A stretch of 64,000 nt of DNA, taken from Candidatus Krumholzibacteriota bacterium (GTDB taxonomy: Bacteria; Krumholzibacteriota; Krumholzibacteriia; JAJRXK01). Positions 1 to 9,961 of this stretch are shown one piece after another. How positions within the stretch are numbered: the stretch's first letter is position 1; the number at the start of each line of letters is the position of its first letter. Location: contig CAVSGG010000008.1 of NCBI GenBank assembly GCA_963727455.1, positions 256,001 through 320,000 on the forward strand, in the 5' to 3' direction. Under the pieces are notes generated by a model that saw nothing but the letters and a program-made list of their open reading frames with translations, was not told where the DNA came from and ran no database searches. The translations under genes were made by a program, and so were the position numbers.

Positions 1-1293
1 CGTCTTCGCCCACGACCTCACCAGGGGATCGTCCGCCCCCTCCTCGTCGCGCAGCCGCAAGAGCCGTCGAAACACAAAGATATGGAAGAGGATCAGAAAG
101 ATGAGGCCGGGGAGCCCGTACTCGGCACCCGTCTGTACCAGGATGTTGTGAGCCTGACGGGGCTTGCTCCTATCGTAGAAGCGATACTGGGAGACGTAGT
201 TCGCCGGCCCGACGCCGAGAAACGGGTTGCCGAGCATCATCTTGGTGCCAGCTCGCCACGAATGTAGTCGTCCCTCCGCGCTGGCTTCGCCCTCGTAGTG
301 CACGATGGTATCGGCCCGTCCCTTGAGGGTTTGGGGCGCAGCCACCACGTAGAAGCCCGCCAGGAGAATTACCCCTCCGATCAACGCGGGAACGCGGTGG
401 CGACTTTGCCAGGCGATCATCCCGAACGCGGCGGCGATGCCCAAGAGTCCTCCGCGGCTCGCGGTAAGAAAGACACAGAGCACGGCCAGTGGAATCATTC
501 CAAGTGCCGGCAACTTCCAAAACTTCGATTGGATGCGCTCCGAAAGATACCAGTAGAACGGAATGGCCAAGAGCAGATGCATCGCGAAGAAGTTGCGGTC
601 CTTCAGCGTTGCTGACGAGCTACCGGGCCCGTCCAGCATGTAGACGCCGTGCACGTACTTTTGCATGAGAGCCCAGAAGGTGAGGTAAGCAAAGGAGAGC
701 GTAACCAGCCAGATGCTCACCTTGAACCAGGATCGTTGGTTCATGAACGCGGCAAAGCTGCCGGCAAAGAGAAGCATCTTGGTAATGTCGATGAGGCGTT
801 CATAGTTGCCCCCGTGGGTGAAAGCGGAGAGAGCCACCACCAGGTTGAAGCCTAGCATCACCAGCAGAATTCGATCCTTGGGTGGAGAGCCGCGGCGGGA
901 CATCGATACCCTGACCAGGGCGGCAACCAGGGTAAAAACCGCGAGTCCCAAGGAAATACGGAGCTTCTCGAAACCCCACAGGACTTCGTGCGGCCGGGCG
1001 AAGGCCATGATGTAGTAAGCCCAGAAACCGATCTGGGGTTTGATGAAAATCACGATCCCCAAACCAAGCACCATGACGGCGCCGAGTGCGTACCGCGTGT
1101 TGTCGTGCAGAAGCAAATAGGAACTGATCAGGGAAAAGACGATGACGAGCAGTCCCACCAGGACGGAGCGCCACTTTACGAAGTAGCGACTCAGAACTTC
1201 CGTCTCGAGAGGATGTCTCTCCAGGGCTTCGTGGTGATTTCGGCGCGGACGGGGTTCCCTTTTCCCTTCATCGGCTTCACGCTGATCCGCCAT
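1..1293 (-). CDS. O-antigen ligase / O-glycosylation ligase family membrane protein (3' end runs off the window)
   Basis: Not in the ORF track; translated by hand from ATG 1293 (GAGGT RBS): MADQRE...many TM helices...DRNFFA...TASRGGLLG...SAEGRLHSWRAG..M...NPFLGVGPANY...AHNILVQTGAEYGLPG. These are Wzy_C/WaaL motifs. The frame is open to position 1. Confidence 0.85.
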   Translation of the reverse strand, partial: MADQREADEGKREPRPRRNHHEALERHPLETEVLSRYFVKWRSVLVGLLVIVFSLISSYLLLHDNTRYALGAVMVLGLGIVIFIKPQIGFWAYYIMAFARPHEVLWGFEKLRISLGLAVFTLVAALVRVSMSRRGSPPKDRILLVMLGFNLVVALSAFTHGGNYERLIDITKMLLFAGSFAAFMNQRSWFKVSIWLVTLSFAYLTFWALMQKYVHGVYMLDGPGSSSATLKDRNFFAMHLLLAIPFYWYLSERIQSKFWKLPALGMIPLAVLCVFLTASRGGLLGIAAAFGMIAWQSRHRVPALIGGVILLAGFYVVAAPQTLKGRADTIVHYEGEASAEGRLHSWRAGTKMMLGNPFLGVGPANYVSQYRFYDRSKPRQAHNILVQTGAEYGLPGLIFLILFHIFVFRRLLRLRDEEGADDPLVRSWAKT

Positions 1294-1600
1294 GCCCACC
1301 TCTGAAGAATCGCAGGCCCACCGCCCGTGCTTGCCCTGAGACCGCGCGCAGTGGCGGTCCGAACCAAGGAAGAGCTCTCGAAGCACAGGAAGCGGAACGA
1401 GGAAGAAGTCCAGAAGACCAGCGGGAAGTATGCCATCCCCGCCATCTTCGGCACAAGAATCGGCTTGGGGCGTTGAGCAGCGATTTCGCGTGGAGTCTGG
1501 ATCTTGCTTCGGAACTGGCCTAGTGTGCTGCAAACTCGCATCCTGAGTCACGACAAGTTCACCGGCTCCAGCCGCGGATCCCGTCCGCTCGGAAGGAAAG

Positions 1601-2737
1601 ATGCCCAAGATCGTCGTCCTCCACCTCATCTCCCCCACCGGCTACTACGGGGCGGAACGCTGGGTCGTCGCGCAAATGCGGCATCTGGATCCAGCGCGGG
1701 TGGAAGCACACATCGCGGTCACGCGCGAGGGAGACGACCAGAGCCCGGAGATTCTGGCTCGGGCCAGCGATCTGGGGCTCTCGACCCACGAGATCAGACT
1801 CGCGCACCGCTTCGATCCACGCGCGGCCAGCTCGGTTGCCAAGCTTGCGTGCGCGCTCGATGCCCGCGTATTGCATGGACACGGTTACAAGTCGGATCTC
1901 TTGGCAGTGCTCGCGCGCCGACGCGCCGAGGCGTCTGTCCTATCTACTCCGCATGGCTTCGAGAAAGCCCTCAGCCCCAAGATGCGAATCTATCTCGCGG
2001 CAGGTCGTTGGGCTCTCCAGCGCGCGGACGTGGTAGCCCCGCTCTCCAGTGAGCTCGAACACATCCTCCTGGAAATGGGTGTTTCGCGCAGTCGCATTCG
2101 GCTCGTCGAGAATGGGGTGGATTTGAGCGAGATCGAAGCAGAGCTGGCTCACCCTCCCCAGAAAGAGAAGGATCCACGGCATCGCGCTTCAGAACGCGTA
2201 CTGGTGTATGTGGGGCGGCTCACCCCGCTCAAGAATCTCGATGCGATGATCCGTGCCTTCGCATTGCTCTGCGAGAGACGTCAGGGAGTGCGGCTGGTTC
2301 TGGTCGGAGAGGGACCCGAGAAGGCGGCGCTGCTCGAGCAGGCGAAGCGCGGTGCCGCACGTGGCTGTGTCGAGTTCTTGGGATATCGCGAGGATCGGCT
2401 GAGCTTGCTGCGGCACTGTGAGATATTCAGCATGAGTTCGATCACCGAGGGGATCCCCCGCTCGATGATGGAGGCTATGGCCATGGGGTTGCCGGCCGTG
2501 GCCTTCGACATTCCCGGGGTGAACAAGCTCCTGCGCAGCGGCGAGACGGGCATCGCCGTACAGCTCGGCGACTGCGAAGCCATGGCGAGTGCCTGGGAGC
2601 GCCTACTCGACGACGAGGAATCGAGACTTTGCATGGGCGAGGCGGCCCGGCGACATATCGTCGAACACTATTCCGCGCAGAGGATGGCCAGAGAATACGA
2701 GGAGCTCTACTTCGAGCTGGCGGCCCGCGCCAACTGA
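1601..2737 (+). CDS. GT4 family glycosyltransferase
   Basis: YGAERWV, HGHGYK, VGRLTPLKN and EGIPRSMMEAMAMGLP (EX7E) GT-B motifs. Confidence 0.9.
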   Translation: MPKIVVLHLISPTGYYGAERWVVAQMRHLDPARVEAHIAVTREGDDQSPEILARASDLGLSTHEIRLAHRFDPRAASSVAKLACALDARVLHGHGYKSDLLAVLARRRAEASVLSTPHGFEKALSPKMRIYLAAGRWALQRADVVAPLSSELEHILLEMGVSRSRIRLVENGVDLSEIEAELAHPPQKEKDPRHRASERVLVYVGRLTPLKNLDAMIRAFALLCERRQGVRLVLVGEGPEKAALLEQAKRGAARGCVEFLGYREDRLSLLRHCEIFSMSSITEGIPRSMMEAMAMGLPAVAFDIPGVNKLLRSGETGIAVQLGDCEAMASAWERLLDDEESRLCMGEAARRHIVEHYSAQRMAREYEELYFELAARAN

Positions 2738-3915
2738 TCGCTCATCTGCCGGACCCGGCTGGCGAAGCGATCCCAGCTGAAGCCCTCGGCCCAGCGACGG
2801 CTTTCCCGGCCCATGCGGCTTCGCAGTTCGTCGTCCCCGGCGAGCCGCCGCAGAGCGCCGGAGAGAGCAGCAACGTCCTCGGTGTCGACCAGAATTCCGT
2901 TCACACCATCGTTCACCGCATCGGGTACGCCACCGGTGGTCCCGCCCACTACCGGCAATCCGGATGCGGCGGCTTCCAGAAATACGATTCCGAAACCCTC
3001 CATGTCGTCACTGCTGAGCCGACGGTTCGCAAGCACGAAGAGATCGCACTGGCGATACAGCCCGGGAAGATCCTCCTCAGGAACGTAGCCCAGGAACCTC
3101 ACGACCTCGTCCAGTCCTAGCTCGCTCGATAGCTTTCGCAGCTCGGGTTCCTTTCCCCCCGTTCCCGCGATCCAATAGCGGAGCTGAGGAAATTCTCGCT
3201 TGAGTGGAACCAGAGCCCGCAGCACCTGCTCGTGCCCCTTTCGCGGCCAGAGCCGGCCCACGCTCAAAATCCGGATCTCTCCATCCGGCGGACGCATTTC
3301 TGCCCGAAAGCGCGTGAGTTCGACTCCGGGATGGATCACCGCTATCAGCTCAGGATCCACTCCCAGCTCGACGAGCAGTTGGCGGCTGTTGTTCGAGTTC
3401 GCCACGATCCCGGCCGCGGCGTTGTAGAGCCTCGGCATCAAGCGTCGTTTCCATTTGTAGTGCCGCTGGATGGCCACCTCCTCACCGTGGACATAGACCA
3501 AGTACGGCACCTTGAAGAGTTTCTTGTAGATCCAAGCCACAACCGCCTCAGGCAGTACGTGCCCACAGTGGAGAATCTCTGGCTGGAAAGAAAATCGCAG
3601 GCGGAGGGCGGCAAAAGTCATGCGCAGGTACAGCAGAAGGGACTCGGGCCTGAGAAACTCGTAGCGCTTCAAACTGACACGGGTCGTCGGCAGGGACGAT
3701 GCGGGACCCTCCCTCCCCACACCACGCTCGTAGTTTCCGGTAAGGACGTGGACCGTCCCTTCGGGATAGCGGCTGCAGGCGTTGACGAAGAGATTCACCG
3801 AGCCGCCCACGTGGGGAAGAAACCACTCGGTCACCAGCAGCACCCTTCGCGCAGCAGTGTCCTCTCTTCTTTCCTTTTCCTGTGTGTCGAGAGTCACGCT
3901 CGCTTCGGGGCTCAC
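2707..3915 (-). CDS. GT4 family glycosyltransferase (PimB-like)
   Basis: FLPHVGG, VHGEE, VGRLWPRKGH and EGFGIVFLEAAASGLPVVGG motifs. Confidence 0.9.
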   Translation of the reverse strand: MSPEASVTLDTQEKERREDTAARRVLLVTEWFLPHVGGSVNLFVNACSRYPEGTVHVLTGNYERGVGREGPASSLPTTRVSLKRYEFLRPESLLLYLRMTFAALRLRFSFQPEILHCGHVLPEAVVAWIYKKLFKVPYLVYVHGEEVAIQRHYKWKRRLMPRLYNAAAGIVANSNNSRQLLVELGVDPELIAVIHPGVELTRFRAEMRPPDGEIRILSVGRLWPRKGHEQVLRALVPLKREFPQLRYWIAGTGGKEPELRKLSSELGLDEVVRFLGYVPEEDLPGLYRQCDLFVLANRRLSSDDMEGFGIVFLEAAASGLPVVGGTTGGVPDAVNDGVNGILVDTEDVAALSGALRRLAGDDELRSRMGRESRRWAEGFSWDRFASRVRQMSDQLARAASSK

Positions 3916-4529
3916 GTTTCCTCCCTCTGATCCTGTGCGGTGCCGCCGCCGCGTTCGGCGAGCACACGAGCCGGATTGCCGCCGACAATGGCCCGATTCC
4001 CCACCGGCTTGATCACCACGCTCCCTGCAGCGACCACGCAGCCCTCACCCACGTCGGCCATTACGATCGCTCCGTTCCCCAACCAACTGCCGCGGCCCAC
4101 GCGCACCAGCTCGTAGCGGCCCCCCTGTTCTCGGATGGGCACATCCTCCTGCTGATACGCGTGTTGATTCTTTCCCGAAAGCACATGGACGTTGGAACCC
4201 AAGAGCACGTCGTCTTCCAGATGGGCCAGACCAATGTTACAAAAGGCCCCCAGGTAGACTCTGCGACCCAGGCGGGCTCCGGGCCGGCTGAAGATCGTAC
4301 CGTAAGAGATGCAGACGTCACTGGCGCACTCGTCCAGGAGTCTCTGGTAGAGGGAGCGGCGGCAATACGAGCCGAGCGGTCCCCACCAGGTGGAGGCCCA
4401 CTGAGAAACCCAGGCGAAAACCTGAACCCGGTCAGCTCCCATTGCATAAAGAGCACGGGTGAGGAGCACGACCGGCGCGGTGAGCAGAAAGGCCAGGGAA
4501 TCGCCGACTCGTTTCAGGGTAGCTTTCAC
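3912..4529 (-). CDS. Hexapeptide-repeat (left-handed beta-helix) sugar O-acyltransferase
   Basis: LGRRVYLGAFC / LEDDVLLGSNV / VGRGSWLGNGAIVMADVGEGCVVAAGSVV...VGGNPARV repeats. Start moved to GTG 4529. Confidence 0.85.
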   Translation of the reverse strand: MKATLKRVGDSLAFLLTAPVVLLTRALYAMGADRVQVFAWVSQWASTWWGPLGSYCRRSLYQRLLDECASDVCISYGTIFSRPGARLGRRVYLGAFCNIGLAHLEDDVLLGSNVHVLSGKNQHAYQQEDVPIREQGGRYELVRVGRGSWLGNGAIVMADVGEGCVVAAGSVVIKPVGNRAIVGGNPARVLAERGGGTAQDQREET

Positions 4530-4911
4530 GGCGCGCGCTTCTGAAAGAGGTTCCCGCAAGCAAACACGAAACGGCAACAGGCAAGGCCCGTTCCAGGGTG
4601 GCCTCGCAGCGAGAATCATCGCAAACAAAGGCCACTTCCAGTACTGATTCTCCTGTATCGGAGACCGTGGCCTTCTGGCGAGGAGACTAAAGGGCGTACG
4701 CCGCCGCGGCAAGTCCACTCGCGCGGCATTTCGATTTGGGTTTCGCGGCTCGAATGGGCCCTGGATCGGTGCTTTCAAGCCTACGCCCTCCCAAGGAGTG
4801 CTCTCTTTGCCATCCCGAGACTTGGCGAAAGAGGGCAACGGTCGTTAGACTCACGCCAGCCCGTGGCCAAACGGCAATCCTCCATTCTTCCACTGCAGAA
4901 AAGGAACCATC

Positions 4912-5724
4912 GTGAGCGAATTCTCTCCCGACCTTCAGGATCGTTGGGCCCTCATCCTCGGGGTCAGCAGCGGATTCGGAGCAGCCACCGCGCGCATCCT
5001 CTCCTCGAGGGGCATGCACATCTTCGGTGTCCATCTCGATCGGCGGGCCACTCTCCATCTGGTCGACCAGGTCAAGGAGGACATCCTGGCCAACGATCGC
5101 GAAGCGTGGCTGGTGAACATGAACGCGGCCGACGAAGAAGAGCGAAACAAGGCGCTGGACGACTTCGTGGCGTACCAGGGTGACAAGGCGATCGGCAGCA
5201 TCAAGGTCTTCTTGCACTCCTTGGCATTCGGCACCCTGAAGCCCTTCGTGAACGAAGAGGGACAAGCTCAGCTCAGTCAGAGAAATGTCGAAATGACCGT
5301 CGATGTCATGGCCCATTCCCTAGTCTACTGGGCGCAGGGGCTGGTCGAGCGCAAGCTGATGGGACAGGGCGGCAGCATCTTCGCCATGACTTCCAGCGGA
5401 AGCACGCGGGTCATCCCCACCTACGGCGCGGTCTCCGCGGCGAAGTCGTCCCTGGAATCGCACATCCGGCAATTGGCTTTCGAGTTGGCACCGTTTGGCA
5501 TCCGCGCCAATACTCTCCGAGCCGGGGTAACGGACACTCCCGCGCTACGCAAGATTCCCGGGCACGAAGTGCTCTTGGAGGAGGCCAGGCGCCGCAACCC
5601 CACTGGGAGACTCACCACCCCCGAGGACGTCGCCAAGGCGCTGTGTGCCCTTGCGGGGGACAATTGCGGTTTCGTGAGCGGCAACATCATCGGAGTCGAC
5701 GGCGGCGAGGAGGTGGTCGGCTGA
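4912..5724 (+). CDS. SDR oxidoreductase, enoyl-ACP/CoA reductase (FabL-like)
   Basis: LILGVSSGFG Rossmann motif, YGAVSAAK (YX6K), GVTDTPAL. Confidence 0.8.
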   Translation: MSEFSPDLQDRWALILGVSSGFGAATARILSSRGMHIFGVHLDRRATLHLVDQVKEDILANDREAWLVNMNAADEEERNKALDDFVAYQGDKAIGSIKVFLHSLAFGTLKPFVNEEGQAQLSQRNVEMTVDVMAHSLVYWAQGLVERKLMGQGGSIFAMTSSGSTRVIPTYGAVSAAKSSLESHIRQLAFELAPFGIRANTLRAGVTDTPALRKIPGHEVLLEEARRRNPTGRLTTPEDVAKALCALAGDNCGFVSGNIIGVDGGEEVVG

Positions 5725-5725
5725 C

Positions 5726-7198
5726 ATGAGCGGAGATCCCATCGAACATCTGGAGCGCTTTCGCCCCGGACTTCCCTTCATCAACGGCGAGTACGTTCCG
5801 CCGCGTGAGGAATCGCTCTTCCCCTCCATCAACCCCGCCACTGGCAAGATCCAGTGTGAAATCGTCGCCGCTGGCGCCCCCGAGCTCGAGGTCGCAGTGC
5901 ACGCAGCGCGCAAAGCCTTCGACGAGGGACCCTGGCCGCAAATGGCGCCGGCCGAGCGTGGCAAGGTACTCCTGAAGCTGGCCGATCTTCTGGAACAGAA
6001 TGTCGCGGAGATGGCCGCGCTGGAATCTCTGGACACCGGCAAGACCCTCTTCGATTCGGGCAAGATCGAAATCCCCTTTGCCGCCAAACTCTACCGCTAC
6101 TTCGGAGGTTGGGCCGACAAACTCGGCGGCGAGACACTCCCCACCGCCAGCGACTTCGTCTATACCCTCAGACATCCGGTCGGAGTCGTGGGAATGATCA
6201 CGCCCTGGAATTTCCCCTTCCTCTTGGCTTCCTGGAAGATGGCACCCGCGCTCGCTGCGGGATGCACCATGATCCTCAAACCGGCCCAGATCTCTTCTCT
6301 CACTGCACTCCGTTTCGGCGAAATCTGCAACGAAGCCGGAGTGCCGGCGGGAGTGGTGAACATCTTGCCCGGACGAGGCAGCGTGCTCGGTCAGGGATTG
6401 GTTCAGCACGAAGGGGTGGACAAGATCGCGTTCACCGGATCCACGCAAGTCGGAAGAGGAATCATCTCGGCCGCCAGCGCCACCATCAAACGAGTCAGCG
6501 TCGAACTGGGCGGAAAGTCGCCCAACGTGGTGTTCGCGGATGCCGACCAGAAGGCCGCCCTGCGCGGCGCGCTCACTGGCATCTTCTACAACAAGGGGGA
6601 AGTGTGCGCGGCGGGGAGCCGACTCCTGGTTCAACGCAGTATCTACGACGAGTTCGTCGAGCAGCTGGCCGCGAAGGCACAACAGTTGACGGTGGGAGAT
6701 CCCTTCGACAAGAACACACGAATGGGCCCCGTCGTGAGTGAAGATCAGATGCGCGGGGTCCTGGAGTACATCGCATCGGGGAAAGAGCAAGGGGCAAAGC
6801 TCCTCGCGGGCGGTGAACGAGTCCTGCAGGACAGTGGCGGTTACTTCGTTCAGCCCACCGTCTTCAAGAACGTGACGAGCGCCATGCGGATCGCCAGAGA
6901 AGAGATCTTCGGCCCGGTCCTGGCCTGCATTCCTTTCGAAGACGAGGACGAGGCGCTGCGAATCGCGAACGACAGCATCTACGGTCTGGCTTCCGCGGTT
7001 TGGACCAAAGACGTGGGACGCGCCCATCGCTTCGCACGGCGCCTTCGGGCAGGCACGGTATGGATCAACACCTACAACCTCTACGACCCGGGTGCGCCGT
7101 TCGGAGGATTCAAGCAGAGCGGATTCGGTAGGGAACTCGGCCGCGAGGGACTCTCGGCATACACCGAGAGTAAGACCGTCTGGACCCACCTCGACTGA
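5726..7198 (+). CDS. NAD-dependent aldehyde dehydrogenase
   Basis: ITPWNFP, FTGS, ELGGKSP, GEVCAAGSR (catalytic Cys), EEIFGPV, PFGGFKQSG. Confidence 0.95.
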   Translation: MSGDPIEHLERFRPGLPFINGEYVPPREESLFPSINPATGKIQCEIVAAGAPELEVAVHAARKAFDEGPWPQMAPAERGKVLLKLADLLEQNVAEMAALESLDTGKTLFDSGKIEIPFAAKLYRYFGGWADKLGGETLPTASDFVYTLRHPVGVVGMITPWNFPFLLASWKMAPALAAGCTMILKPAQISSLTALRFGEICNEAGVPAGVVNILPGRGSVLGQGLVQHEGVDKIAFTGSTQVGRGIISAASATIKRVSVELGGKSPNVVFADADQKAALRGALTGIFYNKGEVCAAGSRLLVQRSIYDEFVEQLAAKAQQLTVGDPFDKNTRMGPVVSEDQMRGVLEYIASGKEQGAKLLAGGERVLQDSGGYFVQPTVFKNVTSAMRIAREEIFGPVLACIPFEDEDEALRIANDSIYGLASAVWTKDVGRAHRFARRLRAGTVWINTYNLYDPGAPFGGFKQSGFGRELGREGLSAYTESKTVWTHLD

Positions 7199-7211
7199 AG
7201 CGGAGAGCGTC

Positions 7212-8024
7212 ATGGCAATGCAGTTCGAGACCATCCTCTACGAGCAGGAGAACGCGATCGCCTGGATCACGCTCAACCGCCCATCGCAGTTGAACGCCTT
7301 CTCGGGCAACATGCGTGAGGAACTGTTACACGCGTTGCTCGACGCGCAAGAGGACGCAAAGGTCGCAACCATCGTGATCACCGGGGCGGGAAGAGCCTTC
7401 TGCGCGGGCGGGGACGTGAAGCACATGGCTCGTCTCAAGTCCGAGCAAGCGGGTTTCGAAAAGCTGCGTCCCCTGCTCGATCAAGGACGCCGAGTGGTCA
7501 CGGTGATTCACGAATGTCCCAAGCCGGTCATCGCCATGGTCAACGGAGTGGCGGCCGGAGCTGGATGCAATCTGGCGCTGGCGTGCGACCTGCGGGTCGC
7601 GGGGGAGCGCGCCATCTTCACCCAGAGTTTCATCAAGGTGGGCCTGCATCCCGACTGGGGTGGAAGCTACTTTTTGCCCAGGCTCATCGGCCAGGGGCGA
7701 GCCCTGGAGATGATGCTCACCGGCAAGAAAGTGGAAGCCGAAGAAGCACTCGAGATCGGATTGGTGCACCAGGTAGTTCCATCCTCTCACCTTAAGGAGG
7801 CCACCCAGCGGATGGCCAAGCGCCTCGCGGCAGCACCTGCCACGGCGGCCCGCCTCATCAAGATGGCCGTCCACGGGAGTCTGGATAATGACTTGGTGGG
7901 GATGCTGGAGTTCGAGTGTGAGGCCCAGCGTCAATGCTGGGAATCGTCTGAATCCAGCGAGAGAATCGCGGCCTTCGACAAGAAGCGCCGTCCTGCCTTC
8001 GAGCAAAAGTTCCGTAACGGCTGA
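7212..8024 (+). CDS. Crotonase family protein, PaaG-like enoyl-CoA isomerase
   Basis: TLNRP, AFCAGGD, GVAAGAGCNLALACD (no first catalytic Glu), GLHPDWGG (Asp as in PaaG). Confidence 0.8.
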   Translation: MAMQFETILYEQENAIAWITLNRPSQLNAFSGNMREELLHALLDAQEDAKVATIVITGAGRAFCAGGDVKHMARLKSEQAGFEKLRPLLDQGRRVVTVIHECPKPVIAMVNGVAAGAGCNLALACDLRVAGERAIFTQSFIKVGLHPDWGGSYFLPRLIGQGRALEMMLTGKKVEAEEALEIGLVHQVVPSSHLKEATQRMAKRLAAAPATAARLIKMAVHGSLDNDLVGMLEFECEAQRQCWESSESSERIAAFDKKRRPAFEQKFRNG

Positions 8025-8055
8025 ATCGCACACCGCGCGTTTTGCCTGGTAGGTC

Positions 8056-8083
8056 GGGCAGGACCAGCGGGCCCTGCCCCTTT
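8056..8083 (+). terminator. GC hairpin between convergent crotonase genes, possible weak terminator
   Basis: GGGCAGG (8056-8062) pairs with CCTGCCC (8073-8079), followed by CTTT. Confidence 0.3.
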
Positions 8084-8099
8084 GAATCGCGCGCCGCCT

Positions 8100-8891
8100 C
8101 TACTTTCCGCTGAAGTGGGCCACCCGTTTCTGAACGTAGGCCTCGATTCCCTCCTTGGCGTCGGAACTCTGGAAGAGCTGTTGCTGCAGCTCGCGTTCAA
8201 TCGCCAGGGCCTCACTGAATGGCACCTCCGGACCGCTCTGGCAGCAGCGTTTGATCCTCCCCACCGCCTTGCTCGCCTTGTTCGGCGGACAGAACTGCTT
8301 CGCGTAGGCCATGAGGTCGTCCCAGAAAGTGTCCTTGTCGAAGATGTCGGTGATGATTCCGAGTTCCTTCGCTTCGTCAAACTCCATGGTCCTACCGGTC
8401 ACCATCAGCTCCAGCGCCCTGTGCTTTCCGATGAGGCGCGTCAGGCGCTGAGTTCCCCCCGTCCCGGGAAGGACACCCAGTCCCACTTCGGGAAGTCCGA
8501 TCTTCCCGCCGTTCTTCTTTGCAATCCGCATGTCACAGGCCATGGCGATCTCGAGTCCGCCACCAACGGTGTGCCCATTCAGCGCGGCGATGACCAGCTT
8601 GGGAGTGTGCTCCAAGCGGTTCAGCATCTCGTTCGCGTGCAGGCAGAAGTAATATTTGAAGGTGGGATCCACCTGATTGAGCATGTTGATGTCGGCACCG
8701 GCGGAGAAGAACTTCTCGCCGTCTCCGCGGATCACGATGACGTGAATGTCGTTGTCCATCCGAGCATCAAGAATACAGTCGTCGAACTGACGGTTCATCT
8801 CGTAGGTATAGGTGTTGGCGGGCGGATCAGACAAAGCGATGACAGCGACGCCGCCGTCCTTCTCGTACTTGACCAGAGTTCGGTCGCTCAT
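8100..8891 (-). CDS. Enoyl-CoA hydratase (crotonase family)
   Basis: FFSAGADI, GGGLEIAMACD and LPEVGLGVLPGTGG; both catalytic Glu present. Confidence 0.9.
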   Translation of the reverse strand: MSDRTLVKYEKDGGVAVIALSDPPANTYTYEMNRQFDDCILDARMDNDIHVIVIRGDGEKFFSAGADINMLNQVDPTFKYYFCLHANEMLNRLEHTPKLVIAALNGHTVGGGLEIAMACDMRIAKKNGGKIGLPEVGLGVLPGTGGTQRLTRLIGKHRALELMVTGRTMEFDEAKELGIITDIFDKDTFWDDLMAYAKQFCPPNKASKAVGRIKRCCQSGPEVPFSEALAIERELQQQLFQSSDAKEGIEAYVQKRVAHFSGK

Positions 8892-9090
8892 TCAGCTCAC
8901 CTCGGAAACGATGGAAAGGGCCGCGTTTGCGTCCGGCAGGTGCCGAAAAACGCCGCGAAAGGTAGCAGGCAGTGTAATCACAGCTTCGAAGGACAACAAG
9001 AGGGCGTCCCGCCCCGCTTGAGGAATAGCCACGAGTAGGCTACCCTACTTTTTCTCCCCAAGCCTTATTCTCACAGGAGGTTGCCGCCCC

Positions 9091-9957
9091 ATGGCAAACG
9101 AGACTCAGCACATGGTGGTCGCCGGGAGCGGCACCATGGGTTCGGGCATCGCCCAGGTGGCCGCGGCCGCTGGCTTTTCCGCGACCCTCTACGACATCGA
9201 CCAGGGGCAACTCGAGCGCGCGCTCACGAACATCGCCGACGGCCTCGAGCGGGCCGTCGCGCGCGGGAAAGTAGATGCCTCGGCAAGAGACGCCACGCTC
9301 GGGCGATTGATAACGACGACCGATCTCTCCTCTGCCTGCAAGGACGCAGAGGTGTTCGTAGAGGCCATCCCCGAACGCATCGAACTGAAGCTCGAGCTCT
9401 TCGGAAAGATCGAGGAGCACCTGCCCTCCCGCGCGCTCATTGCCACCAATACTTCGGCGCTCTCGGTGACCGAACTTGCCGGCGCATTGCGAAATCCGGA
9501 TCGTTGCATCGGACTCCACTTTTTCAATCCGGTGCATCGCATGAAATTGGTCGAAGTCGTGCGTGGCCTGCAGACAAGCGACGAGACCAATGCGCTCGCG
9601 CTGGAATTCTGTCGCGCCATCGACAAGGAAACCGTGGAAGTGAACGAGGCGCCCGGTTTTGTCACCACCCGCGTCAATGCTCTCATAGGAAACGAGGCCT
9701 TCCGTATGCTCCAGGAAGGCGTGGCCACCGCTCGCGACATCGACAAGGCCCTCAAGCTCGGACTCAACCACCCGATGGGGCCCTTCGAGTTGGTGGATCT
9801 CGTGGGCTTGGATACACGCCTGTCCATTCTGCGCTTTTTACACGAGGCGCTGGGGGAACGCTTCCGCCCCACCTATCTGCAGGAGCAATACGTCAAGTCG
9901 GGACGCCTGGGGAAAAAGACCGGCCGCGGGGTCTACGATTATAGTGGAGGAGATTGA
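9091..9957 (+). CDS. 3-hydroxyacyl-CoA (3-hydroxybutyryl-CoA-type) dehydrogenase
   Basis: GSGTMGSGIA, EAIPE, TNTSAL, GLHFFNP, NHPMGPFEL, GRLGKKTGRG; strong RBS CAGGAGG. Confidence 0.93.
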   Translation: MANETQHMVVAGSGTMGSGIAQVAAAAGFSATLYDIDQGQLERALTNIADGLERAVARGKVDASARDATLGRLITTTDLSSACKDAEVFVEAIPERIELKLELFGKIEEHLPSRALIATNTSALSVTELAGALRNPDRCIGLHFFNPVHRMKLVEVVRGLQTSDETNALALEFCRAIDKETVEVNEAPGFVTTRVNALIGNEAFRMLQEGVATARDIDKALKLGLNHPMGPFELVDLVGLDTRLSILRFLHEALGERFRPTYLQEQYVKSGRLGKKTGRGVYDYSGGD

Positions 9958-9961
9958 GCCC

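Noticed and set aside
5687-7234. Long antisense ORFs (515 aa here; also 17659-19332, 12076-13146, 40892-41836, 45123-46364, 49541-50593)
   Set aside because: They mirror well-supported genes on the other strand and have no motifs; expected shadow ORFs in high-GC DNA
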